Below are positions 1 through 11,818 of a stretch of DNA of 64,000 nt, piece by piece. The stretch comes from Octopus vulgaris (lineage: Eukaryota), in contig OX597818.1 of assembly GCA_951406725.2 (NCBI GenBank), forward strand, positions 122,202,001 through 122,266,000. Reading direction: 5' to 3'. The position numbers and the translations under genes are program-made. The notes below the pieces were generated by a model, which saw only the letters and a program-made list of their open reading frames with translations, had not been told where the DNA came from and did not search any database. Each line of letters opens with the position of its first letter. Within the stretch, counting starts at the first letter, position 1.

Positions 1-138
1 TATAAGTTCAGTAAAAATTTAGATTCAGTTGAATATGGTACTTAAGTTAAAGGCACCAGAATTTGGTATGGTGTTATCCATATAAATCAAAATGGGGTGA
101 TTATAATCAAGATAAGCAACAAGAATATCCAAGGTGAG

Positions 139-226
139 TGCAGTACAATCGTTTCATGCGACTTCATTTAATTAAACAATGCAAGTATTACATCAGTTTT
201 AAAATATAGAGCAATCTTCAGCTGCA
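139..226 (-). ncRNA. Type I hammerhead ribozyme motif, long stem II
   Basis: Minus strand reads TGCAG-CTGAAGA-TTGC...GCAT-GAAAC-GATT-GTA-CTGCA. Stem I is TGCAG/CTGCA and the cleavage triplet is GUA. Confidence 0.7.
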
Positions 227-363
227 TATGGAATTTTTTAGTTAAATTGAAAAGATTCATATTCATAATTATTCCATTTATCAACATTTACCCTCTTTGT
301 GATGTTGATAAATGGAATAAGTATAAATATGAATCTTTTCAATTTAACTAAAAAAATTCCATA

Positions 364-451
364 TGCAGCTGAAGATTGCTCTATATTTTAAAACTGATGT
401 AATACTTGTATTGTTTAATTAAATGAAGTCGCATGAAACGATTGTACTGCA
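364..451 (+). ncRNA. Type I hammerhead ribozyme motif, long stem II
   Basis: TGCAG(364-368) CTGAAGA(369-375) ... GAAAC(435-439) GATT GTA(444-446) CTGCA(447-451). Confidence 0.7.
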
Positions 452-483
452 CTACCTTTGAATATCCTTGTTGCTTATTTTGA

Positions 484-543
<60 letters not shown>

Positions 544-739
544 CTTCTGAGCGATTGCAGTCCCAATAAGCATATATGTATACAATAAATTTTCCTACAC
601 CATTAGATCATTTTAGCCCTTATTTCTAGCAATGTAGGTGTTCTGATGCTCTTAGTCTCATTCAGTGACATTTCTATTTTTCCTTCATGGTAACGCATTG
701 CGCATAGATGTTTATATTATATATATTTATATATATATG

Positions 740-1908
740 CAGGGGTTGGACAAAATAATGGAAACACTTAGCATCATAGCATCATAATTTTGAAATATCT
801 ATAAAGATTGTTTATTTTTATGTTTTCTTATTAATTATTTAAAATTCATTTAAATGACGGATCTATCGAACTTTCAAAGAAGTCAAATTGTTGGTGCTCG
901 ATGGCAGGCGCTAGCGTAACAAAAAACAGCAGAAATGTTTGGTAATTCAAAGTACTGTCTCCAAAGTAATGACAGCCTTTAAGAAAGAGGGGAAACCTCC
1001 TCGTCGAAACAAAACTCCGGAAGAAAACCAAAACTTTCGGGTAGGGACCGTCGGACTCTTACGCGAATTGTTAGAAAGGATCACAAATGTACAGCTTCCC
1101 AAAATTACTGCAGAGCTTAATGACCATCTCGAGAACCTAGTTTCCACAAAAACTGTTTGCCGGGAGCTGCAGAGATTTCACGGGAGAGCTGGATTTCACG
1201 GGAGAGCTGCAATCAGGAAGCCACTACTTTAAAAAAAAAAACGTTGCAAAACGTTTAGAGTGGAGTAAAAACCTACAGAATTGGTCCCTAGAGCAGTGAA
1301 AGAAAGCTGTTTTCTCGGACGACTCATCCATTACCTTATTTCCGACCACCGGTCGAGCATACGTGTGGAGACAGCTAAAAGAAGCATTTGACCCACACTG
1401 CCTTCTTCAAACTGTTAAACATGGAGGAGGATCTGTGATGATCTGGTTGAGGTTGCTATTTCCTGGAAATCCGCCGGCCCAATGGTTTCCCTTCATGGCA
1501 GAATTAATAGTCAAGACTATTTAAGCATCTTATTTGATCAAATTCATCCTATGTTTGCGGAACTGTTTCCTGGGGTAAACGCAATCTTTCAGGATAATAT
1601 TGCACCAATTGGACCAGCTAAAGTTGTTATTGAATGGCATGAGGAATATTCTAGTGGAGTTGAACATCTTATCTGGCCACCACAGTTCCCAGATCTCAAT
1701 ATTATTGAACATTTATGGTGCATTTTAGAAAAACAAGTAAGGAGTCGATATCCTCCACCATCATCACTACAGGAATTGGAGACCGTTTTAGCTGAAGAAT
1801 GGACAAAAATTTCTTTGGAAACAATTCAAACTTTGTACGAGTCCACACCTCGTAGAATTCAAGTTGTAATTTGAACTTTAAGGTTTCCATTATCTTGTCC
1901 AACCCCTG
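740..1908 (+). mobile_element. Full-length decayed Tc1-like DNA transposon (probable DD36E)
   Basis: TIRs CAGGGGTTGGACAAAATAATGGAAAC / GTTTCCATTATCTTGTCCAACCCCTG followed by TA. Internal transposase fragments present. Confidence 0.93.
855..1874 (+). pseudogene. Frameshifted Tc1 transposase
   Basis: Translated motifs GFHGRAAIRKPLL, VFSDDS, TVKHGGGSVMIW, FQDNIAP and WPPQFPDLNIIEHLW, interrupted by stops and frameshifts. Confidence 0.9.
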
Positions 1909-1974
1909 TATACATATATATATATGTGTGTGTGTGTGTGTGCATTGAGCCCGCCGGTATTTCGCGTGTCTGCA

Positions 1975-2165
1975 TTTAGCGGTATTTCGTCTGCCATTAC
2001 TCTCTGAGTTCAAACTCTGCCGAGGTCGACTTTGCCTTTCATCATTTCGGGGGCGATTAAATAACTACTAGTTATGCACTGGGGCCGATGCAATCGAATT
2101 AAACCCCTTGTGTGTCCTTGTTTGCCCCCTCTATGTTTAGCTTCCTGTGGGCAATAAAGAAATAA
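1975..2165 (+). mobile_element. SINE-M (tRNA head, Meta-like core, Tx1-like tail), 5'-truncated
   Basis: B box GAGTTCAAA, core GTCGACTTTGCCTTTCATC, tail ...TGTGGGCAATAAAGAAATA. Confidence 0.85.
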
Positions 2166-2280
2166 ATATATGTATGTATGTATGTATATTTACATATACA
2201 TACATACATACATACATGCATTCATATATATATATATATATACATACATACATATATATGTATATGTATATATATATAAA

Positions 2281-2462
2281 TAACAAACGAAAAAGGGTGT
2301 CTTATTAACAAATAGAACCGAAAGGCAAAATTAATAGAGGTCACGAAAGTAACAACGCTCTTTGTCAGTCATTAAAACAATGCTTTTGCGGCTTTTGAGT
2401 TGTTTTAACTAATTTTTAACAAACGCTGTGCTAGTCAGTACCCTTAGTCACTTTTGTGACCT
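2281..2462. mobile_element. Repeat fragment with internal inversion; same family as 62143-62550
   Basis: 2281-2357 is the reverse complement of the 62471-62548 motif. 2360-2462 (GCTAGTCAGTACCC) is a direct copy. Confidence 0.6.
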
Positions 2463-2511
2463 GTCTCCATCTCTCTCTCTCTTTCTCTCTCTCGCTCTCT
2501 CTCTTTGTATA

Positions 2512-2613
<102 letters not shown>

Positions 2614-3268
2614 TATATATATATATGTATATGCATGTATATGCATATATATGTATGTATACGCAAATGTGTAGGTGTCGATATATGCATGCACATGTGA
2701 GTAGTTGTGGTTATTATATGTGTGTATGTATGTTAATACTTATGTGAATAGCTGGTGGTAATAAGATTTAGATTATAATCCCTAGGAAATGTTACATTGA
2801 AAAATAATGATAATAACGAAGCAACATAAAAGGATAGGGAAGAGAGTGGGAAAGAGAGACAGAAAGAAGAAAGGAAGGTTTTAGTGAGAGAGAGAGAGAG
2901 AAAGAAAGAGAGAGAGCATAAAAAATAGAAACTAAGAGAATTAGAATAATGCGATGAAGGTTTGAAAACAGAAATAAAATCATTATTTTTAATATTGTTG
3001 TCATTGTTCTCCCCCTCCTCCTCATCATCATCATCACAAAATGATTAATTTGGAGTAAAAAATGGGGCTAATTGCAAAGGATTATTTGATAGATGCTGAT
3101 AGCACTTGACTGTTAAATGCTGGATTATAGTGGGAAGTTATGTATGCAAATGCGTGTGTGTGTTTGTAGGCGTGCGTGTACATATATATATATGAATAAT
3201 TGTGCATATATATTTACACATACAATATACATACATGCATATAAACACACGCACACACACAGACACAG

Positions 3269-3312
<44 letters not shown>

Positions 3313-3389
3313 ATGCATACTCTCTCTCTTTCTCTGACGCACACACACACTCATATTTTGTGGTGTGTGTAGAAGTACGTGATTAAATA

Positions 3390-4100
3390 CCTGCAGTGCA
3401 CTTCTAAATATCCACTATCGATGTTTTCCGATAACTCATTACTTTCGTTACCATAGCGACCCAAAAATCGTTTAGACAATTTTGCAATTCCGTGAGTTGT
3501 TTCGGGACACATCTTGCACAAACATCTTTACTAACGACATATATGTTGCGTAAGATTTCATTGAACTCTCACTGAATACATTTGCTTATTATTTACCACA
3601 TCACCATTAGTTCCGGTTTGGCCAACTGAAGCTTTTCACGGACTTGATCAGTGGTGTCAACATCACAGGACGTGATCTGGCCTTCGACTCAAATGTTGAA
3701 GCATGATGAACGTGCAACTATTTCTGCAAACTGTCAATCCGTTCGGAGACAGTCCATGGTGGCAACATCCTGTTCACATGAAGAAGCAAAGTCACACTAT
3801 CCAACATATCTTCCTGGACATAAAAAGATGTAATTTAAGGAATATTTGGTTGTTCTTTCCCAGATTGAGCGACGGCTTTTGTGTGTGTTGTGTGCATCTC
3901 TTTTTTGATATTTGCTATACATTATTAGCCCAAAGTCAACACACACGGAAGCAGGTCTGTGGTGAACGTTATCTTAATTGTTACCATATTCTGTGCCGGA
4001 AACCTTGGAATATATAGATTTGATTGATGTGTGAAGTGCTGGCTGTTTGTATCATTTTATCTAAGACATAGCCCATTAAATCTTTGGGTCACCAGATATA
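3390..4100 (-). mobile_element. Decayed mariner-like transposon fragment (duplicate at ~9258-9968)
   Basis: Minus translation VCARCVPKQLTE (WVPxxL motif) followed by FLGRYGNE. TIR-like end near 4100. Confidence 0.65.
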
Positions 4101-4654
4101 CATTCTCTTATTCACTATATCTAAAATCTAATGTCATTCTCTCGAAGACTGTAGACATAAAGCTGAGACATATTTTCGTTACATCACATTCAATATGTTG
4201 ATAAACACACACACACACACACATACACACACATCTAAATTGTGCTGACAGACTTACACAATCAGAAACAAACACGCACGTACGCATCCATAAATACACA
4301 TTTATCAAACCTGCATAGACATACGAAATCTTTTATACTTCAGAGATTTGTAACAAGATCTTTATTTAAGATTGCAGTTACACCAGGGCATCGCTTTGAA
4401 CGGTTTTATTCGAACAAATTGATCCAGGTCTCGGTTTTGTTTTTAAAGTGTGATAGTTACTATATCGGTCTCATATGGCGAACCGCTAGTTTAATGAGGC
4501 ATAGACAAACCAATACAGGTTGTGAAACGGTTGTAGGGGAAAGCACTCACACCCACATATACACACACAAACACATACACATATGCATGCACGCAAGCAC
4601 ATACAAACAAGCGCACGCGCACACACACACACACACATGCACACATACGCATAT

Positions 4655-4785
4655 AGACGGCAGGCTTTTCTGCTCACAAGATCCGGGGCTATAATAGAAG
4701 ACACATCACCAAAGTGCCTCGTAGTGGGACTGAACCCGGAACCATGTGGTTGGGAAGCAAACTTCTCACCTCACATCCACATCTT
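4655..4785 (-). mobile_element. SINE-A 5' part (duplicate at ~10523-10653)
   Basis: Matches the CCCAACCACATGGTTCCGGGTTCAGTCCCACT head seen in other copies. Confidence 0.75.
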
Positions 4786-5797
4786 TCTTGATTTATAGAG
4801 CTGGATGCTGTTGAAGATGCTTACGTTTACGAAGACGAAATCGACTGAGACAACATTGCTAACAACAATAATAATGACAACCACAACGATGCAGATCACA
4901 ATGGTTACAGCAATGATGTCTCCATTGTCGAAAGGGATTGCATGCACGGTAAGGATGACAGAAATGGTAATAACAACAGTAATGACAGCAAACATGATAA
5001 TAACAAAGACGACAACACAAAAGGAAAAAATAGAGAACGTAACACGTGCATGCTGACAACGTTAATAAGTGCAAGAGTAATTTTGTTCCTTTTATTATCT
5101 GAGTACGTATTTCAATTAGACAGGGCAACAACAGTCGACATTATAATGATTCACATACCACTGAGGTCTATTGTAATGGCGGAGTTCATTAAGTTATTTC
5201 GCTTTCATTCATCTGTTTTCACTCGATCTTACTCGCTTCCTCTACCTCCATACATCCTTTTAATCATTCCTCCGCGCTGACAATATTACTCTGGCCACCG
5301 TTTCTGAAATTGCTGCTCATGTGTGTGTTTTATCTGTGGCATAAATAACTACGTCACTTTTTTTTTCGTTTATTTGTTTCGTTATTTATGTATTTATTTC
5401 CTGTATTTATTCATTATCTGCTTCGTTTGCATATTTTATTGTTTGTGCATATCTAACAGATCAACAACTGCATTCAGTATCACATTACAAACCGAGTTGG
5501 ATATAAAACATTTGAAGTGCGCTTTCGTCTTTGTCTTCCAGAAGTCATAAAATCGATAACGACGTTACATGCACACGTTCCGCAACACAAACACACATAC
5601 ACGTATGTATTTTTATGTATACGTGTGTATGTATGTATGTATGTATGTATGTATGTATGTATGTATGCATGTATGTATGCATGTATGTACGTATGTATAA
5701 TGTAATATGTGTATATATTCATACAATTGTATATATATATATATAATACAATGTAATATTATATATGTATATATGTATATGTATATCTATCTATTTA

Positions 5798-5831
<34 letters not shown>

Positions 5832-5897
5832 AATTTTTTTCAGAATGAGATAAAAAAATCAAGGCTGTGAAGATTTTAGAACGTTTATAAATAGAAG

Positions 5898-5936
<39 letters not shown>

Positions 5937-6486
5937 GTATAATGTGCATATACATATATGTAAATACCTATGTTCATCAGCTGTTTCATTAACATAAGCA
6001 TCATTAATTTCGTAATTAAACTATATAATTTAAATTAAATTAATTTTAAAAAGAATTTCACCTATATCATTGGGTAAATCATATATATACATATATATGC
6101 ATATATACATATACATATATATATACACACACACATATATATATATACACACACACACACACACTTTAATGACTCTTTATTGACTCATCAAATGCAAACA
6201 TTTCGAATATCGCCAAAAACAAATTGTCTAAAAGGCGTTTTTCTCGTTGATATTATCCCCAAATTTCATAATCTATAAGCTAGTTTCTATTAGTCACGGC
6301 ATCTACACGCTGAAGAGAGTTTCTTTATTTTTATACATTCCTATCAGTTACAATCAATATTACTCACACAAATGAGTTAGCTTGTACGTCGTCCGAGATC
6401 CTGTTAGAAATAAAGGTCCTTTTTCCCCTAAATGACCAAATACCGTTTTAAGCACAAAATATTACGTAAGATAATGTTCGCCATTT

Positions 6487-6614
6487 ATTTCATTTATTCT
6501 GGGAAGGTCTGCGATAACAAAGTTCACAATACCCCATTCCACCTTATGACGTCATAAAGTGGAATGGGGTGTTGTGACCTTTGTTATCGCAGACCTTCCC
6601 AGGACAAATGAAAT
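6487..6614. repeat. 128-bp loopless palindrome, MITE-like (duplicate at 12369-12496)
   Basis: Symmetric about TATGAC|GTCATA (6550/6551) with few mismatches. Confidence 0.9.
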
Positions 6615-6796
6615 TTATGCCGCCAACATTACGTCGATTGCAGGAAATACATATTTTTTAGTAGAAAAATTCAGAAAACTACAGTCATTCTGGGATGGTG
6701 AGAAGGAATGACTAAAGTGATTAGTGCAGTCTCTGGGGTTCGTACAGTATGAATGTTGAGGAACGAAAAGAGAGATGAGTGAGTCAGTAGAATTCT

Positions 6797-7024
6797 TATT
6801 TCTTTATTGCCCACAAGGGGCTAAACATAGAGGGGACAAGCATGAACAGACAAAGGGATTAAGTCGATTACATCGACCCCAGTGCGTAACTGGTACTTAA
6901 TTTATCGACCCCGAAAGGATGAAAGGTAAAGTCGACCAAGGCGGAATTTGAACTCAGAACGTAACGGTAGACGAAATACCGCAAAGCATTTCGCCCGGCG
7001 TGCTAACGATTCTGCCAGCTCACG
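6797..7024 (-). mobile_element. SINE-M, near full length (duplicate at 12679-12906)
   Basis: A box TGGCAGAATCG, B box GAGTTCAAATTCC, Meta-like core and Tx1-like tail. Confidence 0.9.
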
Positions 7025-8729
7025 TTTAATAGGTGATACTATTTCAGTCAGCCACGAAGAATATACCAAAATAGGAAATGTTCACGGCTGGAACGACTTT
7101 CATAATTTGTTCGACCAGAAAGTGACCTGAGCATTAAATGACAATAATAATAGCAATAACGTCATTTGGTTAGACTTAGAGCAGAATCACTGAATCTTTT
7201 CGAAATTTATGTGTTTCCTGTTCGAGTTGATCCACACTAGTTTAAACATCATGAAGCTCACTGGTCTCCATGAACGGCGAAAGTCATGGGCGCTGTCCCT
7301 TCTTCAGATTCATCAAGGAATAAAAATCCACATCTAAATAATTTGGGAAATTCTATATATTTCGAATATTAAGTCGAAAATGTTTTAATGGTATTGTTTC
7401 TAAGCTTTATTTCTCTGTTATAGAAGGACAGTGGATTAAATAGCAGGGAGAAACACTTTATTAATAAAACTTGCTAAAAGCAACCGATGGGATTAATAAA
7501 AACATATACAAAAAAAAAGGAAGTTCTGGTTATGTTTAGCTCTGATGGAAATAATTAAGTCTGTGTAATCTTTATGTGCAGAGTTGATGCGCATAAATGA
7601 TGTAGCACAGGGTAAATGCTTGCAAGGCTGGTAATTTGCTGCCATTAGTGCACTTAAAATGATGCATCCACTTTAAAAAAAATAAAATAACACAAATACA
7701 AAAGAAAACAAATTTATGTATGCGTAATCGCTCCTCTCTTTCTCTTTCACTCAATACACATATTTATATAAACGGAAGCACCAAACATATATGCACATGT
7801 GTAATATTATACATATCTAAATCATATATATGCATATATATATGTATACATACATACATAAATATATATATATATATATATATATGCATACATACATGAA
7901 TACTCATGTGCATACGAATGCACATGCGTGTGTTTAAAAATATACTCGTAATTTTATAATTTTAACATATTCACACACATTTACGCACATTTATATCATA
8001 CACTTGACAGGCTTTAAACCTTTGCAAGCATTAAGCAGTTACACGCATAAATACAAACATATAGACAAGTATGCACAAAATCACAAACGCAAATTACATA
8101 TACACTGAATTTCAAAATCTCGCTAACACCAACGTAAATATGGTGTCATTCTTGATGCCAATAATTAAAACTAACTGTTCGAAATTATGTCACAAAATTA
8201 ATTAAAATTATTTTTAATGTTGTAAATATTATTAATTTACAAGTTCCGCTACTTAGAGAATATTAATTAAATCTATTAAAACCATCACGCTTTGATACAC
8301 CAATTTTCGTACGTTAATTATCACCGATTATGTCTTATTTCTGACTTTAAAAGGGCGAAGAGAATATACTGTTTAGCATAATATTTTCAAACAGAGTGGG
8401 CCGAATGGTTCAACATTTTATTTCCATATAATCAGTTTTTTGTTGTGGCTGTTTATAGTTACATAGCCTCGTCGGCATACGGCACAACAATTATTAATCT
8501 TTTAACAAACGAAAAATTCACCTAACACTTAATGGTTTTGCCACACATCTGGAAAGTGCACTTACCATTGACACATTCTAAACAGCTTTTTGGTTAGATC
8601 TTTCCTAACTCAACTTTCCCTGCTGCCTTCCTCTCCAAACTGGAATGGGAAAAAAATCATTAACGAAGGCAGATCGCTGCTGCTTACCGCACAGTATGTC
8701 CTGCTGCAAACGCTATGACTCCATCGAAA

Positions 8730-8829
8730 NNNNNNNNNNNNNNNNNNNNNNNNNNNNNNNNNNNNNNNNNNNNNNNNNNNNNNNNNNNNNNNNNNNNNNN
8801 NNNNNNNNNNNNNNNNNNNNNNNNNNNNN
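8730..8829. other. Assembly gap (100 N)
   Basis: Exactly 100 Ns. Confidence 1.
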
Positions 8830-9136
8830 TTGAAAACAGAAATAAAATCATTATTTTTAATATTGTTGTCATTGTTCTCCCCCTCCTCCTCATCATCATC
8901 ATCACAAAATGATTAATTTGGAGTAAAAAATGGGGCTAATTGCAAAGGATTATTTGATAGATGCTGATAGCACTTGACTGTTAAATGCTGGATTATAGTG
9001 GGAAGTTATGTATGCAAATGCGTGTGTGTGTTTGTAGGCGTGCGTGTACATATATATATATGAATAATTGTGCATATATATTTACACATACAATATACAT
9101 ACATGCATATAAACACACGCACACACACAGACACAG

Positions 9137-9180
<44 letters not shown>

Positions 9181-11666
9181 ATGCATACTCTCTCTCTTTC
9201 TCTGACGCACACACACACTCATATTTTGTGGTGTGTGTAGAAGTACGTGATTAAATACCTGCAGTGCACTTCTAAATATCCACTATCGATGTTTTCCGAT
9301 AACTCATTACTTTCGTTACCATAGCGACCCAAAAATCGTTTAGACAATTTTGCAATTCCGTGAGTTGTTTCGGGACACATCTTGCACAAACATCTTTACT
9401 AACGACATATATGTTGCGTAAGATTTCATTGAACTCTCACTGAATACATTTGCTTATTATTTACCACATCACCATTAGTTCCGGTTTGGCCAACTGAAGC
9501 TTTTCACGGACTTGATCAGTGGTGTCAACATCACAGGACGTGATCTGGCCTTCGACTCAAATGTTGAAGCATGATGAACGTGCAACTATTTCTGCAAACT
9601 GTCAATCCGTTCGGAGACAGTCCATGGTGGCAACATCCTGTTCACATGAAGAAGCAAAGTCACACTATCCAACATATCTTCCTGGACATAAAAAGATGTA
9701 ATTTAAGGAATATTTGGTTGTTCTTTCCCAGATTGAGCGACGGCTTTTGTGTGTGTTGTGTGCATCTCTTTTTTGATATTTGCTATACATTATTAGCCCA
9801 AAGTCAACACACACGGAAGCAGGTCTGTGGTGAACGTTATCTTAATTGTTACCATATTCTGTGCCGGAAACCTTGGAATATATAGATTTGATTGATGTGT
9901 GAAGTGCTGGCTGTTTGTATCATTTTATCTAAGACATAGCCCATTAAATCTTTGGGTCACCAGATATACATTCTCTTATTCACTATATCTAAAATCTAAT
10001 GTCATTCTCTCGAAGACTGTAGACATAAAGCTGAGACATATTTTCGTTACATCACATTCAATATGTTGATAAACACACACACACACACACATACACACAC
10101 ATCTAAATTGTGCTGACAGACTTACACAATCAGAAACAAACACGCACGTACGCATCCATAAATACACATTTATCAAACCTGCATAGACATACGAAATCTT
10201 TTATACTTCAGAGATTTGTAACAAGATCTTTATTTAAGATTGCAGTTACACCAGGGCATCGCTTTGAACGGTTTTATTCGAACAAATTGATCCAGGTCTC
10301 GGTTTTGTTTTTAAAGTGTGATAGTTACTATATCGGTCTCATATGGCGAACCGCTAGTTTAATGAGGCATAGACAAACCAATACAGGTTGTGAAACGGTT
10401 GTAGGGGAAAGCACTCACACCCACATATACACACACAAACACATACACATATGCATGCACGCAAGCACATACAAACAAGCGCACGCGCACACACACACAC
10501 ACACATGCACACATACGCATATAGACGGCAGGCTTTTCTGGTCACAAGATCCGGGGCTATAATAGAAGACACATCACCAAAGTGCCTCGTAGTGGGACTG
10601 AACCCGGAACCATGTGGTTGGGAAGCAAACTTCTCACCTCACATCCACATCTTTCTTGATTTATAGAGCTGGATGCTGTTGAAGATGCTTACGTTTACGA
10701 AGACGAAATCGACTGAGACAACATTGCTAACAACAATAATAATGACAACCACAACGATGCAGATCACAATGGTTACAGCAATGATGTCTCCATTGTCGAA
10801 AGGGATTGCATGCACGGTAAGGATGACAGAAATGGTAATAACAACAGTAATGACAGCAAACATGATAATAACAAAGACGACAACACAAAAGGAAAAAATA
10901 GAGAACGTAACACGTGCATGCTGACAACGTTAATAAGTGCAAGAGTAATTTTGTTCCTTTTATTATCTGAGTACGTATTTCAATTAGACAGGGCAACAAC
11001 AGTCGACATTATAATGATTCACATACCACTGAGGTCTATTGTAATGGCGGAGTTCATTAAGTTATTTCTGCTTTCATTCATCTGTTTTCACTCGATCTTA
11101 CTCGCTTCCTCTACCTCCATACATCCTTTTAATCATTCCTCCGCGCTGACAATATTACTCTGGCCACCGTTTCTGAAATTGCTGCTCATGTGTGTGTTTT
11201 ATCTGTGGCATAAATAACTACGTCACTTTTTTTTTCGTTTATTTGTTTCGTTATTTATGTATTTATTTCCTGTATTTATTCATTATCTGCTTCGTTTGCA
11301 TATTTTATTGTTTGTGCATATCTAACAGATCAACAACTGCATTCAGTATCACATTACAAACCGAGTTGGATATAAAACATTTGAAGTGCGCTTTCGTCTT
11401 TGTCTTCCAGAAGTCATAAAATCGATAACGACGTTACATGCACACGTTCCGCAACACAAACACACATACACGTATGTATTTTTATGTATACGTGTGTATG
11501 TATGTATGTATGTATGTATGTATGTATGTATGTATGCATGTATGTATGCATGTATGTACGTATGTATAATGTAATATGTGTATATATTCATACAATTGTA
11601 TATATATATATATAATACAATGTAATATTATATATGTATATATGTATATGTATATCTATCTATTTA

Positions 11667-11717
<51 letters not shown>

Positions 11718-11779
11718 TTTTTTCAGAATGAGATAAAAAAACAAGGCTGTGAAGATTTTAGAACGTTTATAAATAGAAG

Positions 11780-11818
<39 letters not shown>

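Larger units (their letters stand above)
107..484. repeat. ~180-bp-arm inverted repeat; probable Penelope-like inverted terminal repeat
   Basis: 107-287 is the near-perfect reverse complement of 302-484, with a ~14-nt spacer. Each arm holds an HHR motif. Confidence 0.85.
2962..8729 (+). repeat. 5.8-kb segment, copy 1 of a near-identical tandem duplication
   Basis: Matches 8830-14611 (offset 5868-5882) except for a few SNPs and indels. Confidence 0.97.

Noticed and set aside
6948-7130. Recurring peptides MNSERNGRRNTA and WYLIYRPRKDERQSR (also 32326, 39589, 58993)
   Set aside because: Antisense translations of SINE-M, not a gene family.
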